Source: Chloroflexota bacterium (GTDB lineage: Bacteria; Chloroflexota; UBA11872; UBA12225). From it: a DNA stretch of 64,000 nt. Location of the stretch: NCBI GenBank assembly GCA_030447525.1, contig JAUJOR010000001.1, positions 299,466 through 363,465 of the forward strand, in the 5' to 3' direction. The notes under the pieces were generated by a model. It saw only the letters and a program-made list of their open reading frames with translations, was not told where the DNA came from and did no database searches. Shown here piece by piece: positions 10,132-20,736 of the stretch; positions within the stretch are counted from its first letter, which is position 1, and each line of letters starts with the position of its first letter. Made by a program: the position numbers and the translations under genes.

Positions 10132-11514
10132 ATGGCAATCTCAAGACGCAGATTTGTGACGCAGGCAGTGGCCGGGGCGGTGTCCCTGGCCACGCTCCCG
10201 GCCCTGGCGGCGTGTGGCGCGCCGCAAGGAGGCGGCAGCACGGCGCCGGAGGTCAAGTTTGGCGACCCGGTCAATGTGACCTTCTGGCACACCCAGACCG
10301 GTGTCAACGCCGACGCCCTCCAGTCCATTGTGGACAAGTTCAATGCTTCGAACGGCAAGAACATCACCCTCAAGAGCGAGTTCCAGGGCGACTACACGCA
10401 GGTGTATCAGAAGGTGATCGCCGCCATTCAGGCCGGTAGCCCCCCGGACGTCGCCGTGGGCTACGAGAGCATGGTGGCCGAGTATATGCGGGCCAACGCC
10501 GTGGTCAACCTGGACGATTACGCCTTGCGTGGCCCGCAGGCCTTCTCCAAGGAGAGCCTGGCGGACATCTTCCCATCGTACATCAAGAACAACCAGTACG
10601 AGGAGTTCGACAACAAGCTGCTGTCCTTTCCGTTCACCAAGAGCCTGGCCGTGCAGTACATCAACGAGGACCTGTTCCGCGCCGCCGGCGCGACGAAGCT
10701 GGGGTACCCCGGGCAGTTCTACAATTTCGACGAGTTCAAGAAGATGTCCGCGGCTGTGAGCCGGAAGGAAGGCCCCGGCCAGTCGGTCGTGTACGGGCAG
10801 AACATCCGCCTGGACGCCTCCTATATCGACGCCTTTATCTACGCCAACGGCGGGGAGCTGCTCACCAAGGACAAGACCAAGGTGCGCTTTAACGAGCAGC
10901 CGGGCATCGAGGTCTTCGAGATGTGGGGGAACATGGTCCGCGACGGTCATGCCTACGCCGCGCAGGGCCGCGATTACCAGCCGGATTTCGGCAACCAGAA
11001 AGTCGCCGGGCTCCATGACAGTAGCACCAGCCGCCCGTTCCTCCGCGAGTTCATCGTCGACAAGGCGACTGGGCGCGAGAAGTTCAAGTGGGGCGCGGGC
11101 ATGATCCCCCAGAAAGACCCCGCCAAGCCGGTCACAGTGCTGTTCGGGGGCAACATCGTCGTCTTCAAGACCACTCCTATCAAGCAGGCGGCGTCCTGGG
11201 AGTGGGTGAAGTTCTTCAACGAGAAGGATCAGACGGTGCTCTCGGCCATCCGCTCCAGCTACATGCCGTCGCGCCGCTCGGCGGCCGAGCACCCCGATCT
11301 CAAGGCGCACTGGGAGCGGGTCGACCCGCAGGGGAAGCAGGCCTTCGACCTCACCCCCTATGCCGTGGCCGAGCCGAGCATCACCGCCTGGCAGTCCATC
11401 CGTGACGTCCTGAAGGAAGCCCTCGCCAGCGTCATCACCCAGAAGCAGACGGCCAAGGCGGCCCTCGACGACGCGGCCAGGCAGTCCAACAAGCTGATCG
11501 ACGAGAAGCGCTAG
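10132..11514 (+). CDS. ABC transporter substrate-binding lipoprotein (family 1 extracellular solute-binding protein) with a TAT-type signal
   Basis: I place the start at the ATG at 10132, preceded by AAGGAGAG. The N-terminus MAISRRRFVTQAVAGAVSLATLPALAAC has a twin-arginine motif and a lipobox Cys. Confidence 0.85.
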   Translation: MAISRRRFVTQAVAGAVSLATLPALAACGAPQGGGSTAPEVKFGDPVNVTFWHTQTGVNADALQSIVDKFNASNGKNITLKSEFQGDYTQVYQKVIAAIQAGSPPDVAVGYESMVAEYMRANAVVNLDDYALRGPQAFSKESLADIFPSYIKNNQYEEFDNKLLSFPFTKSLAVQYINEDLFRAAGATKLGYPGQFYNFDEFKKMSAAVSRKEGPGQSVVYGQNIRLDASYIDAFIYANGGELLTKDKTKVRFNEQPGIEVFEMWGNMVRDGHAYAAQGRDYQPDFGNQKVAGLHDSSTSRPFLREFIVDKATGREKFKWGAGMIPQKDPAKPVTVLFGGNIVVFKTTPIKQAASWEWVKFFNEKDQTVLSAIRSSYMPSRRSAAEHPDLKAHWERVDPQGKQAFDLTPYAVAEPSITAWQSIRDVLKEALASVITQKQTAKAALDDAARQSNKLIDEKR

Positions 11515-11611
11515 TACGGTTCCGCGGAGGTCCGGCGGTAGATCCCCACCTGGGAGACTTTCCGAGCGACTTCAGCCCAGCTGTCCTAGGGATTTTTCCC
11601 CTCACCCCTTG

Positions 11612-11646
11612 CCCCCTCTCCCGTCCGGGGGAGGGGGTTGTTCTTT
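11612..11646 (+). terminator. Rho-independent terminator: a 10-12 bp GC stem (CCCCCTCTCCCG..CGGGGGAGGGGG) followed by TTGTTCTTT
   Basis: The hairpin plus T-tract is read directly in the sequence, 98 bp after the first solute-binding protein gene stops. Confidence 0.6.
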
Positions 11647-11669
11647 AGCAGGGGGTATCTTTATGGAGC

Positions 11670-13040
11670 ATGCGTCTCACACGCCGGCGGCTCATGGCGC
11701 ACGGTGCCGGCGCTTACGGCGCGGCCCTCTCAGCCTGCGCGCCCCTTGGCATCGCCACTCAGGGCGCCCGTGGGGGGACGGCTGCCCCGGCGGTCAAGTT
11801 CGGCGATCCGGTGAGCATCACCTTCTGGCATACCCAGACGGGGGTGAACCAGAAGGCCCTGGCGGAGCTGGTAGGCAAGTTCAGCACTGCCAACGGGAAA
11901 AACATCACCCTGCGCGGCGAGTACCAGGGGAGCTACCAGCAAGTCTTCCAGAAGACCATGGTGGCCATCCAGGCCGGCAGCCCGCCGGACGCGGCCCTGG
12001 CCTTTGAGAGCATGGTGCAGGAGTACGCCCGGGCCGGGGCCGTGGTCGACCTGGACGAGTACCTGGCCAAGGGCCCATCGCCGTTAGACAAGGAGAGCCT
12101 GGGCGACCTGTTCCCGGCCTACCTTGGCGGTGGCCGGCTGGACGCATTCCGCCGCCGGCTGCTCTCGTTTCCCTTCGCCAAGAGCCTGGCCGTGCAGTAC
12201 TTCAACGAGGACCAGCTCAAGTCCGCGGGGCAGACGAAGCTTTCCGGTCTCTCCTTTGACGAGTTCCGGCGCCAGGTGGCCGCCGTGACGAAAAAGGACA
12301 GCCGGGGCCGGACGACGGTCTACGGGCAGCACATTCGCGTAGACGCCTCATACATCGACGCCTTTGTCTATGCAAACGGGGGCGAGCTCCTGGCCCGGGA
12401 CAACAGCAAGGTGCGCTTCCACGAGGCCCCCGGGGTGGAGGTGTTCGAGATGTGGGCGGAGATGGTCAGGCAAGGGCAGGCCTACACCGGCCAGGGGTTT
12501 GACTACCAGACCGACTTCGGCCAGGGAAAGGTGGCCGGCGTGCATGACTCGTCGGCCAGCCGGCCCTTCATTGCCGGCGAGACGGTGGATCGAACCACCA
12601 GGCGCGAGCGCTTCCGCTGGGGCATCGGCATGATCCCGCAGAAGGACCCCGCCCGGCCGGTGACGGTTACGTTCGGCGGCAACATCGCCGTCTTCAAGAG
12701 CACGCCCCTCAAGCAGGCGGCCGCCTGGGAGTGGATCAAGTTCTTCAGCGAGCGTGACCAGACAGTCTCGTGGTCGATCGCCTCCAGCTATATGCCCCTG
12801 CGTCGCTCCGCGGCCGAGCATCCGGAGATCAAGGCCTTGTGGGAGAGGAGTCCGCAGGCCAGGCAGGCCTTCGAGCTGGCGCAGCACGCCCGACCGGAGC
12901 CGAATATCGCCGCCTGGCAGGACATCCGTGAGCTCCTGGCCAGCGCTTTGACGGCGGTTATCACTAAGGACATGCCCCCCAGAGCGACCCTCGAGGAAGC
13001 GGCCAGGCAGGCCAACCGCCTGATCGCAGAGCAGAAGTAA
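11670..13040 (+). CDS. Second ABC substrate-binding lipoprotein, a paralogue of the gene at 10132..11514
   Basis: It is roughly 60-65% identical to the upstream solute-binding protein over its full length (KFGDPVxxTFWHTQTGVN..., NGKNITL..., AIQAGSPPD...). It has a TAT/lipobox N-terminus, MRLTRRRLMAHGAGAYGAALSAC. Confidence 0.85.
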   Translation: MRLTRRRLMAHGAGAYGAALSACAPLGIATQGARGGTAAPAVKFGDPVSITFWHTQTGVNQKALAELVGKFSTANGKNITLRGEYQGSYQQVFQKTMVAIQAGSPPDAALAFESMVQEYARAGAVVDLDEYLAKGPSPLDKESLGDLFPAYLGGGRLDAFRRRLLSFPFAKSLAVQYFNEDQLKSAGQTKLSGLSFDEFRRQVAAVTKKDSRGRTTVYGQHIRVDASYIDAFVYANGGELLARDNSKVRFHEAPGVEVFEMWAEMVRQGQAYTGQGFDYQTDFGQGKVAGVHDSSASRPFIAGETVDRTTRRERFRWGIGMIPQKDPARPVTVTFGGNIAVFKSTPLKQAAAWEWIKFFSERDQTVSWSIASSYMPLRRSAAEHPEIKALWERSPQARQAFELAQHARPEPNIAAWQDIRELLASALTAVITKDMPPRATLEEAARQANRLIAEQK

Positions 13041-13644
13041 GCCCCTCCCCACTGTCCCACGACTGGGAGGGACTTCTTGCCTCATCGGCCCCCGCCCGGG
13101 GGCAGACCCTCCGCTGCCGGTCGCTGAATGGGCCCCCGCGAGAGCCATCGTGCCCGGCGCTGCCCCCGGCGCTGCCCCCGGCGCCGCCCGCCGGGGCAGG
13201 CAGAGGGACGAAATCCTCCCCCCCCGCCGGAGGTGCATCGAATCCCGGCTGCACCCTACCCCTAGCGTTTGCTATCGTTTGCGTATCCGTAGCGCGGCCG
13301 CGAGTGACGCGGGGCGCGAGGCCGAGGCGGACCTGCCGGCCTGGGGGAGCGCTCCCCGGGGCTGGCACAGCACCGGCGGGGGAGTCAATTGGAGGTCATC
13401 ACGGCATCGTAAAGCGGGCGGCGCAGATCCCAAGAAAAGGAGGGTCGCCGTAAAGGTGCAACCCGAACGCCCGACATGGCAGTCCCGTCCCGCTCAGCGG
13501 CGTTCCAGACCCAGCAGCGCAGTCGTCTGCGCTCCAGCGCTCCTCAGATCGATCGTCCAGTCACAGCCGGCGGCCTTCCGGCGCCTGGCCCTGTTCCCGG
13601 CCCTGCCCGAAGGGGGTGCAGCTGCCGTTCCAGGGGGCCCGTTC

Positions 13645-15147
13645 ATGAGCACGTCCGGCGGCCTGCTGCCCCTGGCGGCCGGACGCCCGCTGGGGCCGGA
13701 CGTTCAGTTCCCCGGCAGCGCGCCCTTGCGACCCCTGGCCGCGTCCTGCGCCCTGCTGCTCCTCTTCTGGGGCGGCGTGATCGCCCGTGGCCCGGGTGAT
13801 GTCACGCTCCCTGGCACGGCGGAGGTGGTGAGCCGGGAAGTGGTGAGCCGGGAGGTACTGGGCGCGGCCGGTCTCTTGCGCCACGTGGCCGGGGCGTTAC
13901 CCCGCGCCGGGACGGTTATCCTGGCCCGCTTCCGACCGGCCGTTCCCGGGGCGCCGGTCCCGTGGACGGTCGTGGAAGTGGATGGCAAGCTCCTGCGGGC
14001 CGCGCCGGATGCCGGGGGCGTGGAGCTGGCCCTGGCGGCGGCCGGGGTACATCTAGACGAAGCCGACCGCCTCCTCGTCGTCCCCAATGAGGCGCCCGCT
14101 GCGGGGGCAAGGGCCGGTGGAAGTGCGGATGGGAGGGTCGTCGTGCAGCGCGCCGTCCCCTTCTTCGTGGTGGACTCCGGGTTACGTATCGGACTGCGGG
14201 CGGCCGCCGGCACCGTCGGCGAGGCCCTGGGGGTGGCGGGCATTGACGTGCACAGCGCGGACGGGCTACTCCCAGCCGGCGAGACGCCCCTCGTCCCCGG
14301 CCTGACGGTGGCCATCTGGCGCGCCACCCCGGTAGCCATCCTGGATCATGACGTGCACGTGGAGACGCGCACGCGCGCGGCCACGGTATCCGAGCTGCTC
14401 GCAGAGCACCACCTCCAGCCAGGCCCGCTCGACCGCGTGGAGCCACCCTTGGACGCCCCGGTGCCGCTGCGGGGCACGGTACGAGTCGTCCGCATCCGGG
14501 AGGAGACCGGCACGGAGCTACAGGTGGTGCCTTTCCACACGCGGCTGCACTCCCGGCCGGATCTGCCCCCTGGTGCCCGGTGGCGGGTGCAGGAGGGACT
14601 GCCTGGCCTGGTGGAGCGCCTGGTGCGCGTCAGGTACGAGGATGGAAACGAGGTCTCTCGCACCCTTGTCCAGCAGGCGACGGTGCGCCCGGCGGTGGAC
14701 GAGGTGATCGCCGTCGGCCCAGACGTCGCCAAGCTGATCCCGGCGCCCCCCTCCGACGCCCCGGCGCCTCTGCCACAGATCCCGCCGCGAGAGGCCCCCG
14801 CCGGCCCGGTACCCCCGGTCACCTTGCCGGACGGCGCTGCGGTGCGGCGTACCCTCGCGGTGGTGGCCACGGCCTACGATCCCGGCCCGGTGAGCACCGG
14901 AAAGTCTCCCGGTCATCCGGCCTATGGCATCACCGCCACCGGGATGCGGGCCGGCCGGGGCGTAGTGGCCGTCGACCCGCGGGTGATCCCTTTCTACACC
15001 CGCCTGTACGTCCCGGACTACGGGTACGCCGTGGCCGGGGATACCGGGCGGGCCATCAAGGGGAACCGCATAGACGTCGGCTTCCCCACCTACGATGAGG
15101 CCGTCCGCTGGGGACGCCGCAGCCTGACGGTGTATATCTTGGAGTAG
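13645..15147 (+). CDS. Membrane-anchored DUF348/G5/3D-domain protein (YabE/RpfB-architecture cell-wall protein)
   Basis: The C-terminal 3D domain is VATAYDPGPVSTGKSPGHPAYGITATGMRAGRGVVAVDPRVIPFYTRLYVPDYGYAVAGDTGRAIKGNRIDVGFPTYDEAVRWG. An N-terminal TM segment follows the ATG at 13645 (the listed ORF start 13150 is a read-through of the open frame). Confidence 0.7.
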   Translation: MSTSGGLLPLAAGRPLGPDVQFPGSAPLRPLAASCALLLLFWGGVIARGPGDVTLPGTAEVVSREVVSREVLGAAGLLRHVAGALPRAGTVILARFRPAVPGAPVPWTVVEVDGKLLRAAPDAGGVELALAAAGVHLDEADRLLVVPNEAPAAGARAGGSADGRVVVQRAVPFFVVDSGLRIGLRAAAGTVGEALGVAGIDVHSADGLLPAGETPLVPGLTVAIWRATPVAILDHDVHVETRTRAATVSELLAEHHLQPGPLDRVEPPLDAPVPLRGTVRVVRIREETGTELQVVPFHTRLHSRPDLPPGARWRVQEGLPGLVERLVRVRYEDGNEVSRTLVQQATVRPAVDEVIAVGPDVAKLIPAPPSDAPAPLPQIPPREAPAGPVPPVTLPDGAAVRRTLAVVATAYDPGPVSTGKSPGHPAYGITATGMRAGRGVVAVDPRVIPFYTRLYVPDYGYAVAGDTGRAIKGNRIDVGFPTYDEAVRWGRRSLTVYILE

Positions 15148-15996
15148 ATGACCCGCTACGACCTTACCGATGGCCGGCAGGTAGGGGCCGTGCTGTCGCG
15201 TCACGGCGTGTGGCTGACGCGGGAGATGGGCCAGCATCTCCTGGTCGACGCGGGCGTTCTGCACCGTATTGTGGCGGCGGCCACGCTAGGGCCACAAACC
15301 GAGGTGCTGGAGGTAGGACCGGGGGTGGGGGCGCTGACGGCGGAGCTGAGCCGCCGGGCCGGTCGGGTGGTCGCCGTCGAGCTCGACCGGCGGCTGCTGG
15401 CCGTCTTACGCGAGACGGTGCCGGCCCCCAACGTGGAGATCGTCCACGGCGACGCCCTGGCAGCCGATCTCCCCGGCCTCTTCGGCGGCCGGCCCTTTAG
15501 CGTCGTCGCCAATCTCCCCTACGGCGTGGCTACTCCCTTGATCCGTCGCCTGCTGTACGCCCCGCCGGGGCGGGTGCCGGGAGAGCTGGTGGTGATGGTG
15601 CAGCGCGAGGTAGGCCAGCGCCTGGCGGCCCGCCCGGGAGACATGAGCCGCCTCAGCGTCCAGGTGCAGCTCGTCGCCGAGGTCGAGCTCCTGTTCGAGG
15701 TCGGCCGGCAGGCCTTTTTCCCGCCCCCGGAGGTGTCTTCGGCCGTCGTCCGCCTGCAGCCCCTGCCGGGCTACCGTGTCCCCCCACTCCCTAACGAGCA
15801 GCGCTTCTTTCAGACCGTGGAGGCCGGCTTCCGGCATCGCCGCAAGCAGCTGCACAATGCCTTGGGGGAGCTGGGGGTGGGCACCGAGACCATCGCAGCG
15901 GCCCTGGCCGCCACGGGGATCGACGCCCGGCGACGCGCCGAGACGCTGACCCTAGAGGACTGGTCGCGCCTCTCCGCTGCCCTCTGGGAATGGTAA
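15148..15996 (+). CDS. rsmA: 16S rRNA (adenine1518/1519-N6)-dimethyltransferase RsmA/KsgA
   Basis: The motifs VLEVGPGVGALT and NLPYGVATPLIRRLL are present. The start abuts the upstream stop codon. Confidence 0.9.
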   Translation: MTRYDLTDGRQVGAVLSRHGVWLTREMGQHLLVDAGVLHRIVAAATLGPQTEVLEVGPGVGALTAELSRRAGRVVAVELDRRLLAVLRETVPAPNVEIVHGDALAADLPGLFGGRPFSVVANLPYGVATPLIRRLLYAPPGRVPGELVVMVQREVGQRLAARPGDMSRLSVQVQLVAEVELLFEVGRQAFFPPPEVSSAVVRLQPLPGYRVPPLPNEQRFFQTVEAGFRHRRKQLHNALGELGVGTETIAAALAATGIDARRRAETLTLEDWSRLSAALWEW

Positions 15997-16015
15997 ACTT
16001 TGGGGCCAAGAAAGG

Positions 16016-16056
16016 CAGGGCCGGTTCAGCTGAACCGGCCCTGTTTGGCGTTGCTT
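16016..16056 (+). terminator. Rho-independent terminator: a perfect 14-bp palindrome CAGGGCCGGTTCAG/CTGAACCGGCCCTG followed by TTTGGCGTTGCTT
   Basis: It is read directly in the sequence 20 bp after the rsmA stop. Confidence 0.65.
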
Positions 16057-16092
16057 ACCCCCAGCTCACCGCTTTCAGGTCGCTGTACATAG

Positions 16093-16821
16093 ATGAAGGC
16101 GATCGTCGGCCTGGGAAATCCCGGGCCACGCTATCAGCGCACGCGCCATAACGTCGGCTGGCAGGTAGTGGACGAGCTGGCCCGCCGCTGGGGCGATGGG
16201 GCACGTGGCCAGGCGAGGGCGGAGACAGGGCGTCAAGCCGGCTGGCCAGGAGGGGAGAAGCCGGCCCAGGCCCGCCACGCCGAGCTGGTCAAGACCGCCT
16301 GGGAGGGGGAAACCGTCCTGCTGGTCAAGCCTCAGACGTTCATGAACGACAGCGGCAAGACGGTGCGCGCCCTGGTGGAAAAGGACGGCCTGGAGCCACA
16401 GGACATCCTCGTCGTCTACGACGACCTCGACCTGGCGCTGGGCCGCATCCGCATCCGGGGCACGGGGAGCGCCGGGGGCCACCGGGGCATCCAGTCCATC
16501 CAGCAGCACCTGGCGACCATCCCCCGGCTCCAGAACCGGGCGCCGGAGGTCGGCAGCTCGCAGGCACAAGAACGACTTGCCGGGAGCGCCACCCCCAAGG
16601 GAGACAGTCCGCGGAAGCCGGAACCACCGGCCTTTCCGCGCCTCAAGGTGGGGATCGGGCGCCCCCCCGCCGGCGTCGACCCCATCGACTTCGTTCTGGC
16701 CGGCTTCCTGCCGGACGAGATGGCCCTGCTCCGGCCGGCCATCCAGCGGGCCGCCGACGCCGCCGAGTGCTGGGTCAGCGCCGGGACGGACGTGGCCGCC
16801 AACCGCTTCAACGGGATGTAA
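16093..16821 (+). CDS. pth: Peptidyl-tRNA hydrolase (Pth) carrying two lineage-specific inserts
   Basis: The N-terminus MKAIVGLGNPGPRYQRTRHNVGWQVVDELA and the motifs FMNDSGKTVRAL and GGHRGIQSI are present. The gene is about 50 aa longer than a typical Pth because of inserts. Confidence 0.85.
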   Translation: MKAIVGLGNPGPRYQRTRHNVGWQVVDELARRWGDGARGQARAETGRQAGWPGGEKPAQARHAELVKTAWEGETVLLVKPQTFMNDSGKTVRALVEKDGLEPQDILVVYDDLDLALGRIRIRGTGSAGGHRGIQSIQQHLATIPRLQNRAPEVGSSQAQERLAGSATPKGDSPRKPEPPAFPRLKVGIGRPPAGVDPIDFVLAGFLPDEMALLRPAIQRAADAAECWVSAGTDVAANRFNGM

Positions 16822-16827
16822 CTGACT

Positions 16828-19800
16828 ATGCGTCTATCTGGACTCGTACCCCTACTGGATCAACTGGAAGACTTTCGCCGCTTGGTAGAGGTCGCCCGGG
16901 GGGCCCGGGCGCCGGCCGCTGCGGTGGATTCCGCCCCTTCGAAGACGCCCCTCGACGAGCCCCCTGGTCTTGACGACGCGGGCGAAGGTGACGTCCCGCC
17001 CCCCCACGTCCCCCTCCCCATGCCTGCTGCCCTGGCCGTGGTGCGCGAGGCCGCCAAGCCGTACCTCCTGGCCGGGTTGCAGGGGCAGGGCGGTCGGCCC
17101 ATCGTCCTCGTGGCGCCGGATGCCTCCCGGGCGCAGGAGTGGTATGGCGACCTCCTTACCTGGTCGGCGGCGCCGGAACGGGTGCTGCATTTCCCCGCCT
17201 TTGACGCCCTGCCGTACGAGCAGCTCCCCGCCGTGCCGGAGACGATCGCCGCCCGCGTGGGGACGTTGATTCAGCTCGCCGCCGCCGACGCCACCGACAG
17301 CCCCTACGTCGTGGTTACCAGCGTGCAGGCCCTCCTATCCATGCTGGCCCCCCCGTCGGAGTTCGGCCGGCGTGTCCTCAGCCTGCGTCCCGGGGCGCGA
17401 TGCGACATGGAAGGGCTGATCCACCAGCTGGCCGCCGGGGGCTACGAGCGCGCCGGCCTGGTGGAGACCCCGGGCTCGTTCAGCCAGCGCGGGGGTATCG
17501 TGGACATCTACCCCCCCCTGGCCGAGAGTCCGGTGCGCCTGGAGTTCTTCGGCGACGAAGTGGAGAGCATCCGCACCTTCGACCCCGCCACCCAGAGATC
17601 TACGGGGGACCTGGAGCGCTTCCAGCTGGCCCCGGCAACCGAGCTGCCCCTGTGGCGTGGCGCCGAGGGGGCCGGCGCCCTGCGCAATCTGGACTGGACC
17701 GGTCTGCGCCAGGAGGTGCGGGAGGAGTGGGACTGGCAGGTGCGCGACCTCGAAGCGGGGGCGTTCTTTAGCGAAGCCCCGTTCTACGCCCGGTACCTGC
17801 TCCCGGAGCCGGCCAGTCTCCTGGACTATCTCCCTGATGCCCTCGTCGTGCTGGACGAGCCGCCGGCCGTCCGCGAGGGCCTCGACGAGCTGGAGAGCCA
17901 CAGGCGCGAGCTAGGGGGCAAGCTCACCGCCTCGGGGGCCATTCCGGCCGGCTTCCAGGCGCCGTACTTTTCCCGGGATGACTTCCTGCAGCGCCTGCGG
18001 CGCATGGCGACGTTGCACCTCAGCTACCGGTCGGCCGCCGTGCCCCTGCTGGCGAGCCGGTTCTCGGCGGGCGGTGAAGGAGGTCCGGGGCAGGACTCGC
18101 ACCGGGAGCCACAACGTCCCCCGTCAGGCGCAGAGGGGGAGAAAGAAGTGGGCAGCGGCCCCCCGGCGGCCGTCGACGTCGTCCCCGAGACGGTCATCGA
18201 GCTCGCCTCATTCGAGATGTCCCCCACCTATGGGGGACGGATCAAGGACGTCATCGAGGCGACGCGCTCCCGCGCCGCCGGCAAGCAGCGGGTGGTGCTC
18301 ATCTCCCAGCAGGCCGCTCGCCTGACGGAGCTCTACGCCGACCGCGGTGTACCCATCAGCGGACGCGAGCGCCTCGACCGTCCCCCGGAGCCGGGGGCGC
18401 TGACCCTCGTCCAGGGGCAGCTGGGTGAGGGCTGGAGCAACCCGGCGCTGGCCATCTTTCTTCTCACGGACACGGAGATTTTCGGCTGGGCCAAGCCCCG
18501 GCGGGTGATCCGCCGCCGGCGCATCGCCCGGGAGAGCTTTCTGGCCGAGCTCAAGCCAGGGGACTTCGTGGTGCACATTGAGCATGGCATCGCCCAGTAC
18601 CAGGGGCTGGTGCGCCGGCGTACGGAAGGCGGGGAGCGGGAGTACCTCTTGCTCCAGTTCGCCGGCAGCGACCGTGTCTACGTCCCCACCGATCAGCTCG
18701 ACCGCGTCGATCGCTACATCGGGGTGGGGGACCATGTCCCGGGCCTGAGCAAGCTGGGCGGCGCGGAATGGGAACGGGCCAAGGGCCGGGTCAAGCAGTC
18801 CGTGGCCGAGGCGGCCAAAGCCCTGCTGGAGCTGTATTCCGCGCGGGAGATCGCCGAGGCCTACCCGGCCTCGCCGGACAACGAGTGGCAGCGTGACCTG
18901 GAAGACTCCTTCCCCTATGTCGAGACGCCCGACCAGCTGCGGGCCATCAACGACGTCAAGCACGATCTAGAGAGTGGCAAGCCGATGGACCGCCTGGTCT
19001 GCGGCGACGTGGGGTACGGCAAGACCGAGGTGGCAGTGCGCGCGGCGTTCAAGGTGGCGCAGGACGGGAAGCAGGTAGCGGTGCTGGTGCCCACCACTAT
19101 CCTGGCGCTGCAGCACTATGAAACCTTCCGCCAGCGCTTGCAAGCCTACCCCGTCAGGGTAGAGCTCCTGAGCCGCTTCCGCACGCCCAAAGAGCAAGAG
19201 GCGGTGGTTGCCGGGTGCGCGTCCGGGGAGGTGGACATCGTTATCGGGACGCACCGCCTGCTCGGCAAGGACGTGCGGTTCAAGGACCTGGGCCTGCTGG
19301 TGATCGACGAAGAGCACCGCTTTGGCGTGATGCACAAGGAGCGCCTCAAGCAGCTGCGGGTCGCCGTCCACGTCCTCACCCTGACGGCCACTCCCATCCC
19401 GCGGACGTTGCACACCAGCCTGGTGGGGTTGCGGGACATGAGCGTAATCGAGACCCCGCCGGAGGCCCGCCTGCCGATCAAGACCTACGTCACAGGGACG
19501 AACGACGACCTGATCCGCGAGGCTGTCTTAAGGGAGGTGGATCGCGGGGGGCAGGTCTACTTTGTCCATAATCGGGTGCAGTCTATCCAGCAGGTTGCCC
19601 GCAAGCTGGGACGGCTGGTGCCAGAGGTGGACATCACCGTGGGCCACGGGCAGATGGACGAGGACACGCTCGAAAAAGTGATGGTGGAGTTCGGCCAGGG
19701 CTCGCACGACGTCCTGGTCTGCACCACCATTATCGAGAGCGGCCTGGACATCCCCAACGTCAACACCATCATCATGAACGACGCCGGGAATTTCGGCCTG

Positions 19801-20559
19801 GCGCAGCTCTACCAGCTCCGGGGGCGCGTCGGGCGCGGGGGCAACCAGGCCTACGCTTACCTCCTCTACGAGCCTAACCGCCGGCTGACGGAAGCGGCCG
19901 AAAAGCGCCTGCGCACGATCTTCGAGGCCACCGACCTGGGGGCCGGCTTCAAGATCGCCATGAAGGACCTCGAGATCCGCGGCGCCGGGAATCTCCTGGG
20001 ACCCGAACAAAGCGGGTTCATGAACAGCGTGGGCTTCGATCTCTATTGCCGGCTCCTGGCGCAGGCCGTGGACGAGCTGCGCGGCAAGCGCACCATCCCT
20101 GAGTTCGACCTGGTCATCGACTTGCCCCTGGGGGCGCACCTCCCAGACGCGTACATCGGAGACCCGGACCTCAAGGTGCGCCTCTACCGGCGCCTGGCCA
20201 CGCTGGCCAGCGAGGCGGAGGTGGACGAGGTGGAGCGGGAGTTCTTGGATCGCTTCGGACCGCTCCCCCCGCCGGTGCGGGATATGTTCTACCTCCTGCG
20301 GGTAAAGATGCTGGCCACGGCCCGCTATCTGCGTGGCATCGAGACCCAGGGCGATGGGATCGTGATCAAGACGTCGCCCTTCGTCGTCTCCGACCGCCTG
20401 GCCCTCTACAAGGCCTTCGGCACGGCGGCCGTAGTACGTAACCAGCAGATCCGGTTCCCCAAGCACCCTCAGCCAGATCGCTGGAAGGCCGATCTCCTGG
20501 CCACGCTGCGGTCACTGCGCGTCGTGGAAGCCCAGGGTACCGCCGCCGCCGGCGGCTAG
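16828..20559 (+). CDS. mfd: Transcription-repair coupling factor Mfd
   Basis: It is a 1243-aa protein with a UvrB-homology N-terminus, an RNAP-interaction domain, a DEAD/DEAH helicase core ([18 protein letters not shown]) and a TRG motif. It lies downstream of pth, which is the conserved pth-mfd order. Confidence 0.9.
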   Translation: MRLSGLVPLLDQLEDFRRLVEVARGARAPAAAVDSAPSKTPLDEPPGLDDAGEGDVPPPHVPLPMPAALAVVREAAKPYLLAGLQGQGGRPIVLVAPDASRAQEWYGDLLTWSAAPERVLHFPAFDALPYEQLPAVPETIAARVGTLIQLAAADATDSPYVVVTSVQALLSMLAPPSEFGRRVLSLRPGARCDMEGLIHQLAAGGYERAGLVETPGSFSQRGGIVDIYPPLAESPVRLEFFGDEVESIRTFDPATQRSTGDLERFQLAPATELPLWRGAEGAGALRNLDWTGLRQEVREEWDWQVRDLEAGAFFSEAPFYARYLLPEPASLLDYLPDALVVLDEPPAVREGLDELESHRRELGGKLTASGAIPAGFQAPYFSRDDFLQRLRRMATLHLSYRSAAVPLLASRFSAGGEGGPGQDSHREPQRPPSGAEGEKEVGSGPPAAVDVVPETVIELASFEMSPTYGGRIKDVIEATRSRAAGKQRVVLISQQAARLTELYADRGVPISGRERLDRPPEPGALTLVQGQLGEGWSNPALAIFLLTDTEIFGWAKPRRVIRRRRIARESFLAELKPGDFVVHIEHGIAQYQGLVRRRTEGGEREYLLLQFAGSDRVYVPTDQLDRVDRYIGVGDHVPGLSKLGGAEWERAKGRVKQSVAEAAKALLELYSAREIAEAYPASPDNEWQRDLEDSFPYVETPDQLRAINDVKHDLESGKPMDRLVCGDVGYGKTEVAVRAAFKVAQDGKQVAVLVPTTILALQHYETFRQRLQAYPVRVELLSRFRTPKEQEAVVAGCASGEVDIVIGTHRLLGKDVRFKDLGLLVIDEEHRFGVMHKERLKQLRVAVHVLTLTATPIPRTLHTSLVGLRDMSVIETPPEARLPIKTYVTGTNDDLIREAVLREVDRGGQVYFVHNRVQSIQQVARKLGRLVPEVDITVGHGQMDEDTLEKVMVEFGQGSHDVLVCTTIIESGLDIPNVNTIIMNDAGNFGLAQLYQLRGRVGRGGNQAYAYLLYEPNRRLTEAAEKRLRTIFEATDLGAGFKIAMKDLEIRGAGNLLGPEQSGFMNSVGFDLYCRLLAQAVDELRGKRTIPEFDLVIDLPLGAHLPDAYIGDPDLKVRLYRRLATLASEAEVDEVEREFLDRFGPLPPPVRDMFYLLRVKMLATARYLRGIETQGDGIVIKTSPFVVSDRLALYKAFGTAAVVRNQQIRFPKHPQPDRWKADLLATLRSLRVVEAQGTAAAGG

Positions 20560-20695
20560 TCAGGTCTCAGGCGTCAGGCGTATGTTTGCACAAGCCACTG
20601 GTACGGCAGTGACACGGTCTAACTCCCGCTCAACGTGCCGTGCGTCGCCGTGCCGACGTGGTCAGAGTACACTCTACGCTCAACGACGCCCCCGG

Positions 20696-20727
20696 ACGAA
20701 GTGACGCACGGACGAAGTGACGCACGG
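20696..20727 (+). repeat. Perfect tandem direct repeat, 2 x 16 bp (GACGAAGTGACGCACG), ending 9 bp before the GT2 start codon
   Basis: It is read directly in the sequence and overlaps the SD region (GGAGC) of the GT2 gene. Confidence 0.7.
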
Positions 20728-20736
20728 AGCAAGGTC

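Noticed and set aside
3122-13368. Long antisense or alternate-frame ORFs, for example 3122..4216(+), 6084..7514(-), 6707..7681(+), 10141..11310(-), 12348..13238(-) and 13704..14446(-)
   Set aside because: Each lies opposite or out of frame to a gene with clear homology (purB, guaA, solute-binding proteins, G5/3D). The composition is extreme Arg/Gly/Pro/Ala, as expected for open frames in roughly 70% GC DNA.
15201-16009. Small ORFs inside or antisense to rsmA (15201..15512(-), 15210..15500(+), 15406..15855(-), 15791..16009(-))
   Set aside because: They overlap a well-supported RsmA frame and have no motifs.
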